Shown: positions 1 through 9,891, counted from the first letter of the stretch. The stretch: 41,022 bases of DNA from Catajapyx aquilonaris (GCA_000934665.2 JYFJ02000886.1:62001-103022); one strand, 5' to 3'. The notes: generated by a model from the sequence alone, not told the origin. Numbers and translations are program-made.

Positions 1-1387
1 ATGCTGCATTCATGGGTACAGACCAAATGAGGAAAGAAGATTCTGCATGCGATAATATAGGCTTTGCATTCCTATATAACTCGATATAGCTAGTGTGCTT
101 AGAAAATGGCCATCAACTTTCTGCCAAGCTATACTGATTGGTGGAAACATGTGGAAACTTGTAGTACAGAAACTAGCAAAGATGATTACGTAGCACACTG
201 CTACCTTTATATCCAATAAATTGTGGACTAGATATTTCGCTATTACTCCTGCTTAAACTTGAATTGAACCCCCTTTCCACATGGCACTATTCACTTTCCT
301 ATATTGGAAGTATAATACAAGTAATAGGTTACCTTCATTCAAATAAAAATTAAATTAGTGAGTAGTCTATAATATAGCCTATCGAGTATATTACCAGAAC
401 TTATTATCCCCCAAAACTACTGCAGCGACGTCGTAGGCCGCGTGGGTCGAGATTATTCGATACGATGTCTACGGCCAATGCGTGGGCCAATGAAAGCATA
501 AAATAATATGGAGCATCTGAGAAAAGGTGTCATAAATACAAAAAAATTAAATTGAGTTACATGTTGCACAGAATATAGTCCTCTCCAAGGATGATCTGCG
601 CAAAGTCGAATGCAAAGGCACAAAAAATAAATAAGACTTATTTGCGTATGTGGATATTAATTAATAACCTATTAAATGTTCCTCTTTCTGGAATGTGGGG
701 CATTCCTATGTCTTCGCATCCGTCACACATTATTGAGGTCAACAGGAACTGATTGAGCTGAATAACATTTTTCATGGATCTCTCATATTTCTGTATGTAA
801 ATCCTGCGCGTTACATTATCCAAGGTCTCAATATGTACCGGACAGTACTATTGTGATCAAAACGACATCCCTATAATTTCGAATACAAGCAAAATCATGT
901 GCGTCATAATATTCCCGTGCTCTCTGTCATGCATTAAAAGTTGGGCCAGATACATTACCCTTGTTACAGTCAACTCGTTGGAATCACTCGCGATGAAACG
1001 ACTTCATCTTTCTGACCACAATAATATTATTGTATATGATCCAGGTAATGAACAATGACAAGACTAATGACAGCTTGGCAGAAAACACACATGTACTGTA
1101 CATATGAACTGGACTTTTAAATCATTGACCACAAAAATTATGGAAGGTTGTGACATCATGCAGAAAGCCACCCTGCAAACAGTGACAACCACAAATTCCG
1201 GTGTCCCTCCAAAAGAATTTGAAGAGTTGCCACTCTATATACGGGGTAAGCGAAGGTTGGCAGACTGTGACATCGTGCTTGAAAGTCAGATAAAGGGATT
1301 TTAACCATGTTTTATTTTCTAATAAATTAATATTTGCCAGAGTTATACAGAAACTACAATTGTGTAGGCTTTTAAAATATCCAAGTA

Positions 1388-1529
1388 CTATGCTCCTCAA
1401 ATTGTTTTGGCCACTTTATCCTGGTCTTGAAGCAACCCTTCGCACAGACTCCACGTTGAGCAGGTGTGTGTGTGTGAAGGGCTGCTTCAAGACCAGGATA
1501 AAGTGGCCAAAAGTATTTGAGCCCCATTG
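1388..1529. mobile_element. MITE family A, copy 1 (Tc1/mariner-type, hairpin)
   Basis: Inverted arms ctcaaattgttttggccactttatcctggtcttgaagcaacccttc / gaagggctgcttcaagaccaggataaagtggccaaaagtatttgag. Flanked by TA within a GTAC context. Two further copies at 23022 and 34239. Confidence 0.9.
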
Positions 1530-3456
1530 TACATTTAAGCCAAAACTTGCATAGAAATATTAGTAAAATACAAGTGAGTCAAATTACAAGCACTCTCTCC
1601 GTAGCTGGATAGGCTTAAAATGTTATTTAAGTTATTCCCTTTGCATTCCCGGGTAGCCTATTCTTCCCTTCATTTGCATCGAAAACTAGTGCTTGATGTA
1701 ATGGCAGATGCGAAGATCAAATTGAATTGTTTAGTGTGGTAAGATAATAGCACACTCGCTTCCATATGCACAGTCACGCATGAAAGATTAAAAAGGATGG
1801 AATAATACTGCATGATATAATCATGAACCGTTTAACATGAGTATGATGCTTTGTTTACAATCCATACGCTCTTCTTGGTTGCGTAACACTATGGCATAAC
1901 AATGCAGATAGAATCCTAAGACTGCTTGAAAATTTAGTTCATAAAATATAATATCACTCATGCAGTTCGACTCTCACTGTTCACTGAATCATCTTGTGGA
2001 GTAACTTGTCAGTTATCACAGATTACAGTAGCCTATTGTACACTGGCACGCAATTCATTTTTGTGGATAGACCTACAACTGTGTCAAGTCGAGTTTTATA
2101 CCAATAAAGCAACCCAACAAGTTGAGCTGGAATAAAATGTTGACAGCTTACGTTCAATTCCCCTGACCTTATGAGTCTAGCACTTCTTAAATCAGGGTTA
2201 CGGGCACGTGGAAACATGTACACAAATGAGACCTTCTCATATATCGCATTATAACCGTAATAAAAGTTCGATGATGCCGGGGTTCGCTACACCTCATTAC
2301 TACATTAAGACAACGCATATACCACATTAATAACCAGTAATAAATTATTGCGCAATGCACCATAAGTCACTGATAAAAATGATTGAATGACCTATGTACT
2401 ACTACAGTGCTAAGTCTGATTACGCTTACTGTAAATCCGTTACTATATGTTTTTAAAAACCACGTAATTATCTGCACAAGCACCCCGGCAAGGTCTCAGC
2501 ATGGGAGAAATTTTTAACTCCCTTAAATCTATTAGTCATGATTATCCCTGCAACATTGAGATAATCTTATTAACTTTGTTTCAACGAAAAGTGCACTGTA
2601 GGTTTCCCTTTGACGAGCCTCCAATTAAAAACCGTCGGAGATGCTATACCCGTTTTATAATCTTGAACCAACAACACAATGAAGATCAGTTTCAACACCA
2701 ACCTTCGCATAAAATTAACTTCATTGTCTTGTCGCGAGCATATAAGGAAAGCTCATGCCATGCCATGTTCTGGACTAAACATGGCGGCTTATACATAACC
2801 ATACTCAATATTTTTTTAAATAAATTATTCTGCCGCCATGCGCTTTCCTTGTGTTCTAGCTTGCATCAGTATGCAAGGCCAGTGTAGAGGCAATGAAAAT
2901 AGTTGACCGGATGTTAGCATGTTACACACACTTTTTTCATTACAGGAAACTAAATAATAAATTAGCAGGAAGATTACTGTCCGAGTACCATGCTGTTAAT
3001 AATGTACTTTGCAAACGGGGTATGCATACAATATACATTGTCTTATGGACCTGCCCTACTGGGGAGGGAAGTTTTAAACTGCCCTCTATAGTTTTCAGCT
3101 GATCGTATATTCCGTCTATGTACACATCAAACTCTGGTGTGTACCAAGTGTACGCCAATTTAACGAGAACGTTTCACAATTTTCCCATCATAGATTGGAG
3201 ATTACTTTGGCCTTAAGAGTATAAATTGCATGATTAAACAGTATGAAAACTTGAATATATTGCTCTAGAAGGAAATGACTAACTTGTCCACCAGAGTATG
3301 CATGAACATTACAATTCCTGAATCAATTTTGACTAAAATCTGCATTAAATGCATTACAGCTCCCTTAAACAGTTGTGAAAAATAAACTGATGCCAAAAGG
3401 GATAATGCTGGACTTCTTCCCTTTAAAGTGGCATATAGCACTGTCTTTATCTAATA

Positions 3457-3717
3457 ATAGTGGATACCCCGTAATATGCTTCATTGAGCCTCTTAGGGGA
3501 TCACCTTTTCGTGAACCGTCTTTAATCATTGCCTGCGCTGTGAGGGGTTTTGATCGCGGGAGGAAACGGGAGAACCCCGAGAAAACCCACGCGAACACGG
3601 GAGAGAACCCATCGAAACTCTATCCACATAAGTATCCTCCGTCCGACCCGGGGATCGAACTCGGGACCTTGGAGGTGGAAGGCTGTGGCGCTAACCACTC
3701 TGCCACCGTGTCCCCCT
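3457..3717 (-). mobile_element. tRNA-derived V-SINE (family S1), full length
   Basis: Minus strand shows A box TGGCAGAGTGG, B box GAGTTCGATCCC, a V-domain-like core (gttctctcccgtgttcgcgtgggttttctcggggttctcccgtttcctccc), a stem-loop tail and a TAT repeat. 13-bp TSD TCTTTATCTAATA at 3444-3456 and 3718-3730. Second copy at 28657. Confidence 0.92.
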
Positions 3718-4001
3718 TCTTTATCTAATAGCACGCAGGTGCTAACATTCATAAGGCAACTGATTAAGAGCGCAACAAGCTACAAAAATAGCAGGTTTGA
3801 GCGAATCTTCCTATAACAATAACATATTACAGTGTTATAAAAGGCCCCCACGAACTTGGAACACCATGTATGTCTGGATTTTAGCATATGAAGACCTGAA
3901 ATGCAGAACAATCCTAGTCACATTTTGGTCACATTTGAGTTAGATAACAACAGTTAAATATTTTCAGGAGTTATTTCGCGTTACAGACTGCTCTCCACCC
4001 C

Positions 4002-4049
4002 CCTCCTGAGACCTGATGTCCAATATATTGGACATCAGGTCTCAGGAGG
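4002..4049. repeat. Perfect 48-bp palindrome, probably a collapsed DNA-transposon remnant
   Basis: cctcctgagacctgatgtccaata|tattggacatcaggtctcaggagg, with no spacer. Confidence 0.9.
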
Positions 4050-4205
4050 ATATAGCTGACTCCCCTTCCTGCACTTCGATGTATGAAGGTCAATAAGTTA
4101 TAGGTCACTTTGACCTGAATGTTGTGGTCAAAAGGAATCAGACTCTGCAGGACAGTCTTCGAAGTAGCTTTCTGGAAACTGAAATGATGAGTGGCAACAA
4201 CCAGT

Positions 4206-4340
4206 TTATTATTATTATTTGTGCTACCCCGTGCTAGAGCCCTCGGCTCTCTTAGGGAGATGGGACACCACCATATTTTCTTACGAATAATTTCTTCGCA
4301 TATTTACTTCAGTCTCCGGTGCAGGGAATCAAGGACATTG
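4206..4340 (-). mobile_element. 5'-truncated non-LTR retroposon 3' end with 21-bp TSD
   Basis: Flanked by the direct repeat TGATGAGTGGCAACAACCAGT (4185-4205 and 4341-4361). The minus strand ends tccctaagagagccgagggctctagcacggggtagcac(aat)n, similar to the S1 SINE tail. Confidence 0.8.
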
Positions 4341-4444
4341 TGATGAGTGGCAACAACCAGTACAGATGTGAGGGATTCAACCAACTTGTGGATGCAAAAG
4401 GGCACAAAGCTGCGCAGTCTTCCACCAATATACTGACAGTTTTA

Positions 4445-4797
4445 GGGGAGACGGAGTGGCGCGGCGCCGCGGTAACGCGCGCGCCCACGGAAGTTAAGGT
4501 CCCGGGTTCAATCCCCGCCCGGGGTTCCCACCTTCTTTCGTGCAGAGTTGGGCCATCTCTGGCTTCGTTTCGGGTGGCAATTTCCGGCAGACTAAGCCAC
4601 CCGGGGGAGTTCACAAAATGACGATTAGAGACATTGCACTTGCACTTTGCACATCCCCTCCCACCCACCCTTGGAGCATACTAATTAAGATTCTTCTTAA
4701 ACTCGCTCCAAAAACAATTCCAAAGGTGGCAACCCACCCCCCCTAAGGAGTAGTATAACTCCCCCCGTGGGGTAATGAAAAAAATAATAATAATAAA
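4445..4797 (+). mobile_element. tRNA(Arg-like)-derived SINE (family S2), copy 1
   Basis: Head agtggcgc...taacgcg...ccacgga...GGTTCAATCCC. Body shared with 12032-12212. Tail ccccctaaggagtagtataactccccccgtggggta followed by (AAT)n. Confidence 0.85.
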
Positions 4798-4799
4798 TT

Positions 4800-4853
<54 letters not shown>

Positions 4854-4872
4854 AATTTATTATTATTATTTT
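4781..4872. repeat. (TA)n microsatellite at the centre of a perfect 92-bp AT-only palindrome
   Basis: aaaataataataataaatttaaa(ta)n tttaaatttattattattatttt, read directly. Confidence 0.9.
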
Positions 4873-5721
4873 ATTATATATATTATTATTATATATGCGC
4901 TACAAGGAAATATACATGTTTAGCTTCCCCCATGGGCTGGACATGTCAGTGTTCTTGGGCCGAGCAGAGGGGACTGGGTGTATGACCTATCGTATTTGTC
5001 TATCGCATTTCATGTGGCAGGTGTGTGTATTACGTGCTGTGCTGTGACTCCCATTGAACTTGGGGCTAAAATCAGCCCGACATGTTCTTCTTAATGGACC
5101 AGCTCCTAAATCATGGATCATTGGAACAGAAAATTCAAGCATATCTTAGTCCTTGAAGTTCCTTGATGCACATCCGGAGGTATTTCAGCGATGGCAGAGA
5201 ATTGAGCCTCAGGGAGAGGGGTCAATGAAGTAGGTGATGTCCTAGGTGAGGGTATAGTGGCCAAGGCAGCAGATGAACTTGATGCCATTAAAACTGACGC
5301 ACAGGAAGTTCCAGAGAAACAAAAAGAAGTGGCTGAAAAGGTGACATGAAAATCCTACAAAAATAATTCTAAAGGAACGACCAAGAGTTCCTCTCAGAAG
5401 CAATCGACAAACACCTCCATGGGCCTTGGGAATATGTCGAGAGGCTGCGTGTGAGTTCCATCCTTACCATAATCTAGACGACTGTCACTCCACTCTCACG
5501 GAACATACATCACTACTGGGCCAATTAAGGTTTTGTGGAATGGTCATGATGTGGATGGTGTCAGGTACCAGTGCAGTGACAGTTGTCCAACTGGAATGAA
5601 AGCCATTGATGTAAGCTCTGGCTTCCGGCGTAATCAATAGGCAGCCTCAGGATGTAGGACACAGACGTAAGCAGCACAAGATGCATATAATTATAACATT
5701 CGGTACAGTACAAGACGGAGA

Positions 5722-5791
5722 TGTGCGAGCGGGAGGGCTGAAAGGCTATGTCGGGTCAGTACCCCCCTTACCAAATCTTGAACATTATTAA
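5722..5791 (+). mobile_element. Very short 5'-truncated retroposon 3' end, host of the Kolobok insertion
   Basis: Direct repeat AGTACAAGACGGAGA at 5707-5721 and 7410-7424 brackets this segment plus the Kolobok element. ggagggctgaaaggctatgtcgggtcag..cccccctta resembles the S3 SINE tail. Confidence 0.7.
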
Positions 5792-6312
5792 AGGGACACT
5801 CCACTCAAAATACAAGTTGGCCTCTAAAAATCAGGCAAGGAATCCTGATTCCGAGAATGCGATCCGTTTATCTCTGAGGCGAACGGTAATGACAGGGGAA
5901 GATACGATAGTCGGAATAAATTCGACTTCTGATCGAGCGTGGAGCCGCCATTCTGACCCGCGGCCACCGGGGGAAGTTGGGTACTCGCCACCTGGCGGCT
6001 GTCTGAGGAAGTTGCATACCCGAATCCAGCAGCGCGAGTTTGGAATGCAGTTCGGGGTCGGATATTTCTGGCTGCTGTCAATGCATATGTTCTCACCGAG
6101 GTGTTACTTTCCGGACCTCGCCTTTGCTTGGCCCCTAATTGTTTACGGGTGGACTAGATCAGTTGCTCCCGCATCAGATCCCCATGACTCAACGCCCGGA
6201 GGGAACGACTGGAAGGCGACACATGTTTATGTTTAGCACTTCGGCAGGGGGGTTTATCATTTCTGGCCTTCCAGTCCGGCATATCGAGGCGGGCTTGGAA
6301 GCAAGTAGCATC

Positions 6313-6586
6313 ATGGGCAAGAAAGGCAAGGGTGGTGGCCCGTTCTGTGTAGTTTATTTGTAAGCGCCATAGGAAACGGTTGGAGCGAGTGACGTATTTC
6401 GTATTTCCTTGCGAACGTCAGGATTTGATGCGGCAATGGCGAGAAGCCTTGAATTTGCCACCGACGTATGCACCCATGTCAAGTCATCAGGTGTGCATGG
6501 ATCACTTTCACAGGCAGTCGCTATTTCCCTACAGACCGGAACAGAAGAGGCGGAAACTAAAGCCTAATGCTGTTCCAACACTGTAG
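6313..6586 (+). pseudogene. THAP zinc-finger domain (N-terminus of a Kolobok-type transposase), frameshifted
   Basis: MGKKGKGGGPFCVVYL, frameshift near 6360, then KRHRKRLERVTYFVFP...RQWREAL...VCMDHF...LKPNAVPTL. This has the THAP C2CH, FP, W and AVPT-box signatures; the second Cys appears lost at the frameshift. Confidence 0.85.
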
Positions 6587-6858
6587 GTAGGAATAATGTG
6601 GCATAGCGTCAATGTGCGTATATTTTATTGCACCCCCCTCCCCCAGTGCACATCAGACATGGAAACCAGCACCGGAACATCCACTGCTGATGTGTCCAAT
6701 ACTGATGCACAGGTAATGTTTCCTCGGCCATCGAGCCCAATGACTATGTTTGACATATCTCCTGATGCCCTTCTTTTCCCCAGTGCACATCAGTTTGAGA
6801 ATAGCAGCTAAAATGTGTTAGGGCCGAACATTTTGCTAATGGCTCTCAGGCTCTGTTT

Positions 6859-6859
6859 C

Positions 6860-6902
<43 letters not shown>
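6859..6902. repeat. (CAA)n microsatellite
   Basis: Read directly. Bracketed by the 15-bp direct repeat CAGGCTCTGTTTCAA (6847-6861 and 6909-6923). Confidence 0.95.
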
Positions 6903-7519
6903 TCACGACAGGCTCTGTTTCAATGACTTAATTCCAATTTGAAGCACTATTGCGACTAAATTGGTGTATGCGGGAGCAACAGATGTAGGCCACCGGTAAA
7001 CAATTAGGGGCTAAGCAAAGGCGAGGTCCGGAAAGTAACACCTCGGTCAGTCGGTGACAACATATGCAGCAGCCAGTAACAGCCAGTAATATCCGACCCC
7101 GAACTGCATTTCAAACTCGCGCTGCTGGTGACGGGTATCCAAGGTGGATAGAGATTCGGGTATCCTACTTCCTCAGGCAGCCGCCAGGTGGCCGGGGGTG
7201 GTGTCGCCGAGAGTGGAGGGGCACCGGGTCTGTGGCCGGGGGTGGTGGCGCCGAGACTGGAGGGGCAGGGGGTTTGCAGACGGCCTACTTTGAGATTTAT
7301 TTCTCGGATTACCGTTCGTCTCAGAGAAAAAAGGATCGCATTTTCGGAATCAGGATTTTTTGCCTGATTTTTAGACACCAACTTGTATTTTGAGTGGAGT
7401 GTCCCTTTAAGTACAAGACGGAGAGCTATAGAAAGGGTCAATAGAAACTTGGATTATGGCACTGAATTCGTGGATAATATTAGCACACTAGATGATTGAG
7501 GGGAATGTGGGCATCATCG

Positions 7520-7770
7520 TATATCAGAGTGGTACATCTAGGGTCGGGTATTCGATCCCTGGATCGAACATAGGATATTCTCATGTTTATGGGTTTATTA
7601 TTCCACGTTCATATTGGTACTCACTCAGTGTTCGCAGCCAAGTTTTCTTAGGATTTTTCCGTTTCAGAGAGCAGTGACGGAACAAATTATGGAATCTAAA
7701 AGATCCCTGAAAAGCCCGCAGTTGGCGTAACTTGGGGTACCCTATTATTATTATTTTTGTTGTTGTTGTT
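7520..7770 (+). mobile_element. Old, diverged V-SINE (S1-related) copy
   Basis: agagtggt...ttcgatccctggatcgaacataggatattctcatgt, then cagtgttcgc...gttttcttaggatttttccgtttc, then tail gatccctgaaaagccc...acttggggtaccctattatt. All are collinear with S1. Confidence 0.65.
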
Positions 7771-8220
7771 ATATTGAGGTAAGAAAAACATTGAAAGAGA
7801 CAATTGACGAGTAAAGGGAAATAGGTGAGGAAAGAATGCGAATTTAAGCCCAAGTAATGAGAAACAGTATAGAGAATATAATACCACAATAGTCTACAAT
7901 ATGCCAAATATGGCCACCTGGTGCGTGGTAACTGGACCAAGTACATATCCTGAGCATACTCTGACCACATGTACGAATGTACAGTACGTAAGTAATACCT
8001 ACCTTACCAGTAATTATTCTCAAGACCATACTTGGAAGCCAAACATCTTGAAGGGAGTAAAGTTCCGGCTGAAGATCCGAGTGATGAATATCACTGTCGT
8101 GATCAAGGTTGACGAGCATCTTGTGCGCAGAAGGGGACGAAATCTCAGTGCATCCTCTCATGGTGAGCTAATGGGATAACAGAACAATTATAATGAAGCA
8201 CAACATAATTCATCCTTATA

Positions 8221-9143
8221 CAGGGTGATTCTCCCGAATGGAAACCCAAGCATTCCTCAATAACTTTTTAACTATGGTATGGTTCCAGATGAAAATTGAC
8301 ACATACTTACCTTGTACCTTTATAATTGATATATTTAAGGAGGTTGGCCCAGCATTGCCTTTCAACCTCCAAGGATAGGGAAGGAAGGAAGCGGCTGTGG
8401 CCTATTATACGGAAGCAACCCCGGAATTATCCTAGAAAGACCGTGGAAAACCACGGTCAAGGTTGCCGGCCCCGGGATTCGAACCCAGGACCTCCCAATT
8501 AGCAGTCGGACGCCTTATCCACTATGCCAACATGCTTCGGTACTTACCTTGTACCATGGCAAACAAGGTCTGACTAAAGAATATACCAAAAGTGGTCCCC
8601 TCCAGCATCTGAGAATTTTTAAATGCGATTCTGCATATTGCCGAAGACTCCTGCAGATTGGCGGCAGGAATGGCATAAATCTCCCGCCACCGCGCGCCGT
8701 GGGGGGGGGGGGGGGGTTNGGGGGGGGGGTTCACACTAGCTGACGGTAGCATACGAAACGATCGAAACGGAATAGTGGACCAATCAGAGCCCAAAAGTGA
8801 AAGTCACTTTTAGTCATCCTCATGTGGGCTCTGATTGGTCCACTATTCCGTTTCGCTGGTTTTGTATGCCACCGTCAGCTAGTGACGGTAGCTGACGGCG
8901 CGGCGCGCGGTGGTGGGAGATTGATGCCATCCCCACCGCCACATCTGCAGGAGTCTTCGGCAATATGCAGACTCGCATTTAAAAATTCTTGGATACTGGA
9001 GGGGACCACTTTTGGTATATTCTTTAGTCAGACCTTGTTTGGCATGGTACAAGGTAAGTATAAGTCAATTTTCATCTGGAACCATACCATAGTTAAAAAG
9101 TTATTGAGGAGTGTTTGGGTTTCCATTCGGGAGAATCACCCTG
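8221..9143. mobile_element. Foldback MITE with CAGGGTG termini (Tc1/mariner superfamily), interrupted by a SINE
   Basis: TA-CAGGGTGATTCTCCCGAATGGAAACCCAA ... TTGGGTTTCCATTCGGGAGAATCACCCTG-TA. Arms stay inverted almost to the centre (about 8790-8825). Contains a poly-G tract with an N at 8701-8729. Confidence 0.92.
8319..8540 (-). mobile_element. tRNA-derived SINE (family S3; body resembles arthropod Talua-like SINEs)
   Basis: Minus strand: A box TGGCATAGTGG, B box GGTTCGAATCC, body gtggttttcc...ggccacagccgcttccttcc. 15-bp TSD TACTTACCTTGTACC at 8304-8318 and 8541-8555; this sequence is single-copy in the right arm of the host MITE. Confidence 0.9.
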
Positions 9144-9293
9144 TATACATTGGTTTCCTAAAAGTCATATACATCATTTGTAAAGGGAGCTGAATACTGC
9201 GGGATCTTATTCGCATATTACACAGTGAATTCCAACTTAATTGTCGGTATAGTGATTAACAATTTTACATAATTAGTGGCTTATTGTTAAGCT

Positions 9294-9500
9294 GTTACTT
9301 TTGCAGTTACTCTTAGGTATCAAAAAGTATTTGCTGTTGATTTAGGTTGAATTCAAGCATCTTTTCAGGGCCTGAAATGTAATCTTTTCCAGATTACGCC
9401 ACTGAGAATGGCTCATCTGGAACCAGTATTGGTATGTCATTTACTCTTCGCGTCAGATCTTTCTACAGTGGATTCAATGTCATGGAGCAGCAGATATTTT
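9294..9500. mobile_element. MITE family C, degraded partial copy
   Basis: gcagttactcttaggtatcaaaaagtatttgctg...gaatggctcatctggaac aligns by eye with 13715-13850 and 27054-27180. Confidence 0.5.
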
Positions 9501-9891
9501 TGGTAATCCCTATATTTGTAAAAAAAATGTTCGAAAATAACTGCTTAATAAGCACCCGCTCAGGGCCAGTAAATCGCTAGCCACAGTTGGAACACACTGC
9601 ATTTATTATCCGCTCTGAAGCACACCCCGAGCAATGCCAGTATACCGGTACTTAAAAATAAATAAATACAGTGCAATGTGCTGATCCATCATATGTGGTG
9701 GGGCGCCCTCTGTCCTTTCTATACGTATATGTACTACAAACAGCAGGGGGCCTTAGGTCAAGGTTATTAATGTAGCTGTGTACTTGGCATATTACATTTT
9801 GGTCGTGGATTGCCGAAAGTGCTACGGATTGCATTGTAGTTACCGGCTCATACGTTTTCATTTTGAGTGGACTTTAACGAATATTGTCGTA

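Larger units (their letters stand above)
3965..5600 (+). pseudogene. USP40: Decayed, apparently processed USP40-like ubiquitin-specific protease pseudogene
   Basis: Collinear peptide fragments across frameshifts and insertions: MYEGQ*VIGHFDLNVVVKRNQTLQDSLRSSFLETEMMSGNNQ (4079-4204), YRCEGFNQLVDAK/GTKLRSLPPI/LTV (4361-4442), RYKEIYMFSFPHGLDMSVF.../DWVYDL (4898-4990), WNRKFKH...LKFLDAHPEVF (5122-5185), FHPYHNLDD.../KVLWNGHDVDGV (about 5456-5562). Their order matches recalled USP40 motifs (UCH domain, then the SWNKKY..LRKFL and IFxWNGxEVGGV blocks). The 5' start (QELFRV at 3965) is tentative. Confidence 0.8.
5792..7406. mobile_element. Non-autonomous Kolobok-type DNA transposon
   Basis: TTAA on both sides (5788-5791 and 7407-7410). 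Termini AGGGACACTCCACTCAAAATACAAGTTGG / CCAACTTGTATTTTGAGTGGAGTGTCCCT. About 100-bp outer TIR plus inner inverted blocks (about 5987-6174 vs 6968-7191). Internal THAP remnant, no DDE domain seen. Confidence 0.88.

Noticed and set aside
638..740. TSIMCDGCED...H as a piggyBac C-terminal cysteine-rich domain
   Set aside because: Only one CxxC is present, and no upstream transposase motifs or TTAA-bounded TIRs were found.
3645..3716. Genuine tRNA genes here and at 4445, 8470-8540, 14380-14451 and 28657
   Set aside because: A and B boxes are present, but acceptor and anticodon stems do not pair properly, and each is followed by a SINE body and tail, often with a TSD.
3375..3816. Overlapping ORFs of 76-117 aa
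   Set aside because: They are chance frames across the GC-rich S1 SINE.
5748..6236. 162-aa ORF, and the similar minus-strand ORF at 7004-7441
   Set aside because: Both are translations of the Kolobok inverted repeats, and their similarity comes from the TIRs.
7844..8179. Possible coding exon (ORFs on both strands, splice-like sites)
   Set aside because: No recognisable protein motif and no partner exons.
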